From: an uncultured Acidobacteriaceae bacterium
GTDB taxonomy: Bacteria > Acidobacteriota > Terriglobia > Bryobacterales > Bryobacteraceae
Assembly: GCA_963737045.1 (NCBI GenBank)
Contig: CAVTRG010000002.1
Location: forward strand, 284,858-348,857
Length of the DNA stretch: 64,000 nucleotides
Direction: 5' to 3'
Below, piece by piece: positions 57,070-64,000 of the stretch. The translations under genes were made by a program, and so were the position numbers. Position 1 is the first letter of the stretch. The number at the start of each line of letters is the position of its first letter. The notes below the pieces were generated by a model. It had not been told where the DNA came from, did not search any database, and saw nothing but the letters and a program-made list of their open reading frames with translations.

Positions 57070-60000
57070 TTACTGGGGAGGGCTGCTTACCGGAACATCG
57101 CCGGGCAGTCCCCACTGAATTATCTGATTGCCGACAGCCGTGGTAGGGACGATTTGCCAAGTGCCATCTGAAGGACGCCAAACTGCAAAATCGTTTTTCC
57201 CATCCCCGTCGTAATCGCCATTCATTGGAATGTCACCCGAAAGTCCCCATTGCTGGATGATCGGAGTACCTGGGCTGCTGGTCGGAAGGACATACCACAC
57301 TCCGCTTGATGGGCGCCAGACGGCGAAATCCGCCTTGTCGTCGCCGTCAAAGTCACCGCCGATGGGCACATCACCGGGCAATCCCCACTGTTGAATGATT
57401 GGATGCCCGAAATTGCCGCTGGGCAGAACGTACCAATTGCCTTCGGAGGGGCGCCAAACTGCGAAATCCACCCTGCCATCGCCGTCATAATCGCCGGGTA
57501 CCGGCACGTCACCGGCCAGACCCCATTGCTGAACGACCGCAGTTCCAGGTCTGCTGCTCGGCAAAATATACCAATTGCCTTCGGAGGGGCGCCAAACTGC
57601 GAAATCCACCCTGCCATCGCCGTCATAATCGCCGGGCACCGGCACATCGCCGGGCAATCCCCACTGCTGAACAGTGGGAGCCTGCAAATTGCCACTTGGC
57701 AAGACATACCAACTCCCATTTGATGGCCGCCAGACTGCAAAATCCGAATCACCATCGCCGTCATAATCGCCCGTGACTGGGATATCACCGGGTAAGCCCC
57801 AGCTCTGCATTAGCGCGGCGCCGTTGTTCGTTTGGATGTACCAGGTGCCGTCTGAGGCTCGAAACACTGCTGGACTTGACACCGCAGCCGCGGAGTGAAT
57901 CGACCAGACTTGAGTCGATTGGCCAGAGGCGGTCGCCTGTTCGATGTACGCGCCTTGCGTATTCGCGGTCGCATCGACGAGAAGGCCACTAAACTGGTTC
58001 GTAATCGTATAGCCGCTTCCGGATGGAGTTACCAGCCAATGCTGGTTGTTACCTCCATCTGATGGCCACTGAATCAGCTGTGTGCCCGACGCGGTGCTGA
58101 GGTTCGGATCGTCCAGCACCAACCCGCTGTTCTGATTGGTGATTGTGTAATATCCGTTGCCAATCGAAGTGAACTTCCACTTCTGATTTGTACCGCCATT
58201 CGCTTTCCATAGCTCCACGTTCGTTCCATTCGTTTTGGAAAGGTTGGGGTCGTCCCACACGAACGTCCCGGCAGAATTGGTGACTATATACGTGCCGTTT
58301 GTCAGCCCACTAGCGGAAGTTGGTGTAGCGGCTGTTTCAGTGGACTGCGGTGATGTTCCGGCAGAATTGACTGCGGCCACAGTGTAGTAGTACGTGGCGC
58401 CATTCGTCAGACCGCTATCGGTGTAGTTTGTGGCAGTGATGCTGGCGGCTATCGGCGTCGTCCCCTCGCCCCCAGAGACGGTGGCGCGATAGACGTTGTA
58501 GGAGGATGCTCCGCTACTTGCCCCCCACGAAAGCGATACTTGCCCGTTTCCTGCCGTCGCTGTCAGGCCCGTGGGCGCCGGTGGGATGGAGCTTACACCA
58601 TTGATAATGTCGACTCGGTCAGGCACCACAAAAGTATTTGTCGAGCTCGGGTTGTTTGTGCCGGTCACGCGCAGTCGAAAGATGTGACTTCCCGCTGAGA
58701 GTACTGGACTCGTCCACAGCAGAACGTTTCCCGTTCGCAGAGGCGCATAGAAATCGATATTGCTCTCGGCTCCGCCATCAATTGAAACCGCACCGATACC
58801 GTGCGCCGTATCCTGTACTCCATAGAACTTAATCTGTGTGCCGGTAAATGCGACGGTTACGAAGTCATTGGCAGTATTGTCCCAGCTATTGCTCTGATCG
58901 TAGAGAGTCACCCCGCAGTTCGTGCAATGGCTCCAATTGCCGACATAATCAAATTCATTCTGGCCTGAGCCCATAACGCTGTCGTCGATGGTTGCAGTTT
59001 GTGGATTCCCGGATGAACCCAACAACCCATATACAACCAGCTCGCCCGAATCAGTGGCCATGAACACTTTGCCGTCGGCGATGGTAGGTGGGACAAATTT
59101 CGCCCACGTTCCCAAATCATCGCGCGCATCATTTTGGCGAGTATCCCAGAGCTCCTTGCCGACGTTTGTTGCGTCGAAAGCAAAGAGCTGCCCTTCGACG
59201 AGCGAGTGATCAGAGTCCTGCAGCGGAATCGAGGCCCAAAGAATATTGGTGCCGGGTGAGTTGGCGTTTGAAGATAAAGCAAGGGCACCGCCTACCGCTC
59301 CGGACGGCAGAGCGACGGAGCTTTGGGCCGACGGTGTCGTTTTGAAAACTCCATTCGAAAGCTGATAAGCCTTGAGCTTGTCTGCTTCGTTCCATACGTA
59401 AAGCGTGGGAGCCCCGGGGTTGTTCCAGAAGATCGGGGAACCCCACAGCCCAGGGCCGGCTGTGAATTGTTGGTGCACCGGATTGATGGAAGCGTTGTAG
59501 TGGCCCATGTTGGTGGTATCAACCACGTACATAAGGCCCTGTTTACCCTCACCCGCTATATAGGTGGTCCCAGCGATGGGAACCGGTCCGCCGGATCCAA
59601 CATCTGTATCACGCGAATTAAGGGCATCAAAGTTGTTAGGAATGAAATAATCCAAGGGAACCAGACTGCTGCTGAGCTTGACGAAGCCTTCCCCGTAATC
59701 GCTTCCGCCGTTTTGTGCGTCGGCTGTACCATTTCCCGCCATGAAATAGAGATTTCCGCTCGCATCGACAACCAAACCCTGACCGGATTGCCAAATCCCT
59801 CCATCGCTGCCATTGGCTGTGTCGTTGAAAACGTACAACTGGTTCAGTGTCGAAGCGCTGTAGCCAAGCACCCAGCCGTGGAAAGGCGCGTAATCTTCGT
59901 GAGAGGCGAACGCCAGGTAAACGACGCCGTTCGCCAATGTTACTGCGGGCCGCTGGTTCTCCTTTGAGGCTTGAAAGGGAACGTGCCCGTTCCCATCATT

Positions 60001-60588
60001 ACCGCTCCCTACACCGTTCACGGTCGCGGAGATCTCGACGGGGCCGCCGAACTTCTCACTTCCGGTTGTGATGTCGAGCGCATGCAAACGAAAAATCTGT
60101 GTCTTGTTCTCGTACGTCTTCGTGACGACATACATCGTCTCAGTCGAAGGATCAACTGCAGGAGTGCTGATGATTCCCACTTGAACCAAGATGTTTTGAG
60201 TATCGATTACCGAACTGGGGACTGGGGTCCCGTAGTTGTGGTTCCATAGAAGCGCGCCATTATCTGCGTCAAAGGCGAAAACTGAATCCGCAGCCGTGGC
60301 CACGTAAACGACATTGTGCGTCCCGCCGGCAATGGCCAGGTCCGGTACGTAAAGAGGTTGCGCAAAGATGTATCCATCCACTCTGGCGGTGAATAGCTTC
60401 CCGAATGTGTTCACGTTGACGTTTGAAGTCGTCAACGCAGCTTCACTCAAATTGAGGCCGGATCGGGAGTTATCGTTGTGCTGTGTGAGAACACTTACCT
60501 GGGCGCAAGCGGGTAAGCACAAAAATGGGATCCATAGATATGGGAAAGGGAAGCGGCGGGAAGCACTCCCGGGGAAAAGCCAACGCAA
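57070..60588 (-). CDS. 1172-aa secreted multidomain protein: PQQ-like beta-propeller, jelly-roll CBM-like module, FN3, ricin-B lectin, six FG-GAP-like repeats
   Basis: Signal peptide ending ..CLPACAQ. Propeller region (HNDNSRSGLN..., VYVATAADSVFAFDADNGALLW). FN3 (PPAPTGLTATAGNGQVSLSW...YYYTVAAVNSAG). Ricin QxW triplet (NQKWKF, NQHWLV, TQVWSI). C-terminal repeats GDYDGDGxxDFAVWRPSxGxWY. Ends 24 nt before the HAF gene start. Confidence 0.88.
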   Translation of the reverse strand: MRWLFPGSASRRFPFPYLWIPFLCLPACAQVSVLTQHNDNSRSGLNLSEAALTTSNVNVNTFGKLFTARVDGYIFAQPLYVPDLAIAGGTHNVVYVATAADSVFAFDADNGALLWNHNYGTPVPSSVIDTQNILVQVGIISTPAVDPSTETMYVVTKTYENKTQIFRLHALDITTGSEKFGGPVEISATVNGVGSGNDGNGHVPFQASKENQRPAVTLANGVVYLAFASHEDYAPFHGWVLGYSASTLNQLYVFNDTANGSDGGIWQSGQGLVVDASGNLYFMAGNGTADAQNGGSDYGEGFVKLSSSLVPLDYFIPNNFDALNSRDTDVGSGGPVPIAGTTYIAGEGKQGLMYVVDTTNMGHYNASINPVHQQFTAGPGLWGSPIFWNNPGAPTLYVWNEADKLKAYQLSNGVFKTTPSAQSSVALPSGAVGGALALSSNANSPGTNILWASIPLQDSDHSLVEGQLFAFDATNVGKELWDTRQNDARDDLGTWAKFVPPTIADGKVFMATDSGELVVYGLLGSSGNPQTATIDDSVMGSGQNEFDYVGNWSHCTNCGVTLYDQSNSWDNTANDFVTVAFTGTQIKFYGVQDTAHGIGAVSIDGGAESNIDFYAPLRTGNVLLWTSPVLSAGSHIFRLRVTGTNNPSSTNTFVVPDRVDIINGVSSIPPAPTGLTATAGNGQVSLSWGASSGASSYNVYRATVSGGEGTTPIAASITATNYTDSGLTNGATYYYTVAAVNSAGTSPQSTETAATPTSASGLTNGTYIVTNSAGTFVWDDPNLSKTNGTNVELWKANGGTNQKWKFTSIGNGYYTITNQNSGLVLDDPNLSTASGTQLIQWPSDGGNNQHWLVTPSGSGYTITNQFSGLLVDATANTQGAYIEQATASGQSTQVWSIHSAAAVSSPAVFRASDGTWYIQTNNGAALMQSWGLPGDIPVTGDYDGDGDSDFAVWRPSNGSWYVLPSGNLQAPTVQQWGLPGDVPVPGDYDGDGRVDFAVWRPSEGNWYILPSSRPGTAVVQQWGLAGDVPVPGDYDGDGRVDFAVWRPSEGNWYVLPSGNFGHPIIQQWGLPGDVPIGGDFDGDDKADFAVWRPSSGVWYVLPTSSPGTPIIQQWGLSGDIPMNGDYDGDGKNDFAVWRPSDGTWQIVPTTAVGNQIIQWGLPGDVPVSSPPQ
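57073..57870 (-). repeat. in-frame tandem repeat array, 138-bp period (six 46-aa FG-GAP-like units, first and last shorter)
   Basis: Unit boundaries are 57186, 57324, 57462, 57600 and 57738. Segments 57431-57508 and 57569-57646 differ at only one position by eye (gggTaccgg versus gggCaccgg). Confidence 0.85.
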
Positions 60589-60761
60589 AAACTCCTCCTA
60601 ATTGAAACAAGGTACAGCTCTCGCGGTTAGGTTATAACGCCTAGGATCGAAGCGGCAACGACATTCCGTACCAGTACCCGGTATGGCCGCTCGAGAGGAA
60701 CTCTCGACAGAATCTGATTCTTGCTGGCGTCCCGCGATCAGTCTTCCGACGAGAGAGACGG

Positions 60762-60917
60762 TTAGCGGAAGAATCCCATCAAATAGAGAACAATAATGAT
60801 GATCAGTACCAACCCGAGGCCACCGGATGGGTAGTAGCCCCAACCGCGCGAATACGGCCAAGCCGGAATGGCGCCGATCAGCAGTATGAGCAGAATTACT
60901 AGAAGAATCAGACCCAT
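60762..60917 (-). CDS. DUF3309-like small membrane protein (51 aa), absent from the ORF track
   Basis: Hand translation of the minus strand gives MGLILLVILLILLIGAIPAWPYSRGWGYYPSGGLGLVLIIIIVLYLMGFFR*. The WPYSRGWGY.PSGGLG core between two hydrophobic helices matches my recollection of DUF3309. Confidence 0.7.
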   Translation of the reverse strand: MGLILLVILLILLIGAIPAWPYSRGWGYYPSGGLGLVLIIIIVLYLMGFFR

Positions 60918-60964
60918 GACGGTCAGATGCGTTTAAGGCCGAAATATAACAGAGATTGTGACAT

Positions 60965-62356
60965 TTAGCGCTTTTTCCGGACCAGGCGGCGTGCTTTGCG
61001 CACGATACCTGGCGTCGCCGCGAAGGCCTCCTCGACCAGCGCTTCTTGTTGATCGTGATGCACTTTGTGAGCGCCCGCGGCGGGACTGGCCGCTGTGGGA
61101 CGGCCTACGTAGCGTAATTGCCGGCGCAATGGGCCAGCGGTTCCACCCGACCAGATGATGGACTGCATCTGCTCCTCCACGAAATACCAGGCGCCCATGT
61201 TCTCGGGCTCTTCCTGCACCCAGAACAACTCCGTCGCGTCCGAGTAGCGGCGCAGAATATCCATCAACCGCTGTAGCGGGAACGGATACAGCTGTTCGAG
61301 CCGAATGATCGCGACATCGTTGCGGCCCAGTTCTTCACGCTTGTTCACAAGGTCGTAGTAGACCTTTCCCGAGCACAACAGCAAGCGATGGATCTGGCTC
61401 CCGACAAACTGGGAATCGCCAATCACCTCCTGGAAGGTACCGGACGTGAGCTCATCGAGACGCGAAGACGCTTTGGGATAGCGCAGCAGAAACTTCGGCG
61501 TGAATATGACCAATGGTTTCCGAATGCCGCGGCGATCGTTCCCACCGTACATCTGGCGCCGCAATAAATGGAAGTACTGCGCCGGAGTCGTGCAGTTCGC
61601 AACCTGCATGTTGTTCTCGGCGCACAATTGCAGGAAGCGCTCGATGCGGGCGCTCGAGTGCTCCGGACCTTGCCCCTCAAGTCCGTGTGGAAGGAGGAGG
61701 ACCAGGCCGCTCGGCTGATTCCACTTGGCTTCGGCGGAAATTACGAACTGGTCGATAATGATCTGCGCTCCGTTCACAAAATCGCCGAACTGCGCCTCCC
61801 AGATGACGAGCGTGAGCGGATCGGCCACGCTATAGCCGAAGTCATAGCCCATAACCGCAAATTCGCTGAGCAGGCTATCGACGACCTCAAAGTTGGCTTG
61901 GTTGGGATCGAGATGCTGCAGCGGTGTATAACTTTCGCCAGTATCGTAGTCGCTGAACTTCAGGTGGCGTTGCGTAAAGGTGCCACGCGAGACGTCTTCT
62001 CCATCAAGGCGGACCGGAGTGCCTTCGAGCACAAGACTGCCGAAGGCCAGCGTCTCAGCGAAGCCCCAGTCAATGGGAGCTCCCTTCAATACGTCGCGCC
62101 GCTTATCGAGCAGAGATTTTAATTTCGGATGCAGATGGAAGTCATCAGGCAGAGTCGTGCACTTCTCAACGACTTTTACGAGAGTTTTGTAATCAGCGGC
62201 GGTCGATGGAATCGGCTGGTGCACCTGCTCAAACGGCGCTTCCGCGAACTCTTCGATGACGAAGTCTTCACGATGCTTTTTCGCTTCATCGTACGTATCG
62301 TTCAGGTGCTCACGCGCCTGTTGCCGCAGGTTGTCGACGTATTCCTGGGTCAACAT
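60965..62356 (-). CDS. sucA: 2-oxoglutarate dehydrogenase E1, C-terminal fragment (separated from the N-terminal part by a frameshift)
   Basis: Blocks [50 protein letters not shown] and EEPENMGAW are typical of SucA/Kgd C-terminal halves. The frame stays open upstream of the listed Met, reading [24 protein letters not shown]. Confidence 0.85.
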   Translation of the reverse strand: MLTQEYVDNLRQQAREHLNDTYDEAKKHREDFVIEEFAEAPFEQVHQPIPSTAADYKTLVKVVEKCTTLPDDFHLHPKLKSLLDKRRDVLKGAPIDWGFAETLAFGSLVLEGTPVRLDGEDVSRGTFTQRHLKFSDYDTGESYTPLQHLDPNQANFEVVDSLLSEFAVMGYDFGYSVADPLTLVIWEAQFGDFVNGAQIIIDQFVISAEAKWNQPSGLVLLLPHGLEGQGPEHSSARIERFLQLCAENNMQVANCTTPAQYFHLLRRQMYGGNDRRGIRKPLVIFTPKFLLRYPKASSRLDELTSGTFQEVIGDSQFVGSQIHRLLLCSGKVYYDLVNKREELGRNDVAIIRLEQLYPFPLQRLMDILRRYSDATELFWVQEEPENMGAWYFVEEQMQSIIWSGGTAGPLRRQLRYVGRPTAASPAAGAHKVHHDQQEALVEEAFAATPGIVRKARRLVRKKR

Positions 62357-64000
62357 TTTCTCTTGTACGAGGCGGTCTGAGTATTGCTTCGCAACGCGTA
62401 GGCGTGGCCTTGATCTTCCGATACATCACGGGTTGTGTATAGCTTGGGTCGTCGGCTTCGTTGTGACCCTGGCGGCGGTAGCCGATGAGGTCGATCACGA
62501 CATCGCGTTTGAAGCGCTGGCGAAAATCATATGCGAGCTGGGCCACGCGCAGGCACGCTTCAGGATCGTCAGCGTTCACATGGAAGATCGGCGCCTGCAC
62601 GGAAAGCGCTACATCAGTGCAATAGACACTACTACGGCCTTCGAGCGGATTTGTTGTAAAACCAATCTGGTTATTTGTAATGACGTGAATTGTGCCGCCG
62701 GTCGTGTATCCGTCGAGCTGCGAAAGCTGTAAAACTTCCGCCACGACGCCCTGCCCGATGAAGGCAGCATCTCCGTGAATCAGAATCGGTATTACGCGCT
62801 CCCGCTTGGTGTCGCCAAGCCGGTCTTGTTTGGGCCGGACGAGGCCTTGGACAACCGGGTCCACAGCTTCAAGGTGACTCGGATTGAAGGCGACGGAGAC
62901 GAGGATCTCCTTGCCGCGGGTTGAAGTGTGGATTCCGCTTGCGCCGAGATGATATTTGACGTCCCCGGAACCTTGCACGCTCTCGGGATCCGGCTCGCCT
63001 TCAAACTCGGAGAAGACCTGTGCCATCGATTTGCCCACGATGTTCGCGAGTATGTTCAAACGACCGCGATGGGCCATCCCGATCACCGATTCGTGGACAT
63101 CTTCGTTAGCCGCACGCTCTAAAATCTCATCCAGCGCCACGATAGTGCTTTCAAGACCTTCCAGCCCGAAACGTTTTTGGCCGACGAACCGGGTCTGCAA
63201 GAAGTGCTCGAACTCTTCGGCTTGAATCAATCGGCTGAGAATGCGATGGCGCACGGGCTCGTCAAACTTCCAGAGATTCATCGTGCCTTCCATGCGGTCC
63301 TGGAGCCACTGGCGCTGCTCAGGATTCTGGATGTGCATGTACTCGATGCCTACTGATCCGCAATACGTTGAGCGAAGGCGCTCGAGAATCTCGCGCAGCG
63401 TCTCGTAGGGCTGCATGTAAGATGCGATGGCGCCGCTGGGCGCCTTCACTGCCCCGGAAAGGAAAGGCCGGTCGAGATCCCAGATGGATAGCCCATAGGA
63501 AGCCGGATCGAGTGCGGCATGATACACAGGCTCGCTGCCAAGCGGATTCGTGTTCGCGAGCAGATGGCCGCGGATGCGATAAGAGCTGATCAGCCGAATG
63601 ACGGCTGCCTCCTTGGCGGCATCGGTGTTGACTTGGGCATAGCGGCTGGGTGTGATTTGCTGATCCGTTTGCCAGCGCAGCGGCATGTAGGGGATCTTCA
63701 AATCGCGAAAAACAGCTTCATAGAAACCGTCTTCGCCCTGTAACAGCTGCTGCAGCTTGGCCAGGAATGCCCCGGATTCCGCGCCCTGAATGATCCGGTG
63801 ATCGTAGGTGCAGGTGATCATCAGCACTTTGCTCAGGCCAAGGTCGGCGCGTGTTTCCGGACTGGCACCCGCGAACTCGGCAGGATAATCGATCGCGCCA
63901 GTGGCGATAATTGCACCCTGTCCCGGCATAAGACGGGGGACGGAGCCGAGCGTTCCGACGGTGCCGGGATTAGTGAGAGAGATGGTAGTGCCCTCGAAAT
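62310..64000 (-). CDS. sucA: 2-oxoglutarate dehydrogenase E1, N-terminal part, with the end of a fused E2-like acyltransferase domain (Kgd/OdhA type); continues beyond the window
   Basis: The ORF stays open to nt 64000 ([36 protein letters not shown]...[18 protein letters not shown] is the C-terminus of a 2-oxoacid acyltransferase catalytic domain). E1 blocks follow ([42 protein letters not shown]). It ends in out-of-frame sequence after ..[10 protein letters not shown]. Confidence 0.85.
   Translation of the reverse strand, partial: FEGTTISLTNPGTVGTLGSVPRLMPGQGAIIATGAIDYPAEFAGASPETRADLGLSKVLMITCTYDHRIIQGAESGAFLAKLQQLLQGEDGFYEAVFRDLKIPYMPLRWQTDQQITPSRYAQVNTDAAKEAAVIRLISSYRIRGHLLANTNPLGSEPVYHAALDPASYGLSIWDLDRPFLSGAVKAPSGAIASYMQPYETLREILERLRSTYCGSVGIEYMHIQNPEQRQWLQDRMEGTMNLWKFDEPVRHRILSRLIQAEEFEHFLQTRFVGQKRFGLEGLESTIVALDEILERAANEDVHESVIGMAHRGRLNILANIVGKSMAQVFSEFEGEPDPESVQGSGDVKYHLGASGIHTSTRGKEILVSVAFNPSHLEAVDPVVQGLVRPKQDRLGDTKRERVIPILIHGDAAFIGQGVVAEVLQLSQLDGYTTGGTIHVITNNQIGFTTNPLEGRSSVYCTDVALSVQAPIFHVNADDPEACLRVAQLAYDFRQRFKRDVVIDLIGYRRQGHNEADDPSYTQPVMYRKIKATPTRCEAILRPPRTRENVDPGIRRQPAATGA

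Noticed and set aside
57222-57788. A 188-aa minus-strand ORF and two plus-strand ORFs (57391-57776) with internally repeated sequence.
   Set aside because: These are alternative frames of the 138-bp tandem repeat inside the giant gene. Their periodicity is inherited from the repeat and is not evidence of coding.
60598-60861. An 87-aa minus-strand ORF from the track.
   Set aside because: It overlaps the DUF3309-like mini-ORF out of frame and has no recognisable features. The 51-aa reading is preferred.
1-64000. A scan for CRISPR arrays, rRNA genes, IS elements/transposases, integrases, reverse transcriptases and prophage genes.
   Set aside because: Reading by eye, I saw no regularly spaced direct repeats apart from the coding 138-bp array. 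I also saw no ORF with transposase, integrase or RT motifs. A computational repeat and profile search would be needed to exclude small or degenerate elements.

Overview
About 50 genes from a fairly GC-rich chromosome, with no rRNA, CRISPR array, IS element or integrase detected. The host is a diderm and most likely an acidobacterium (Terriglobia-like). The evidence for this is three ADOP-type duplicated FtsX permeases, one behind a PadR gene, plus an acidobacterial-type VWFA protein, an HAF-repeat protein, CadC/TolB-type regulators and CRTAC1/ASPIC proteins. Housekeeping genes: fused LptF-LptG, TatA/TatC, PpgK, Ppa, Gdh, MutS, AnmK, an otsA-otsB-treS/pep2 trehalose operon, a Kgd/OdhA-type 2-oxoglutarate dehydrogenase E1, and tRNA-Cys(GCA). 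The strongest candidate for an undescribed system is a three-gene cassette at 15.3-17.9 kb. It encodes a stalked secreted protein ending in an LPKTAS + hydrophobic + basic sorting signal, a MIDAS-containing VWA protein, and a membrane-anchored sortase. Other regions worth a second look: (a) a polyprenyl-phosphate GT2 + two GT-C-like membrane glycosyltransferases (51.1-55.9 kb), convergent with an operon encoding an HAF-repeat protein and a 1172-aa propeller/FN3/ricin/FG-GAP protein; that protein's 3' end is a 138-bp tandem repeat array. (b) A more AT-rich, decayed stretch (17.9-20.5 kb) with a solitary NucS-like PD-(D/E)XK protein and a frameshifted gene. (c) A PadR-ADOP pair in which the permease carries four frameshifts while the regulator and its promoter/operator look intact. 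(d) A single frameshift splitting the E1 gene. (e) An unlisted 51-aa DUF3309-like mini-protein. All calls come from reading the sequence and ORF translations by eye. No searches were run.
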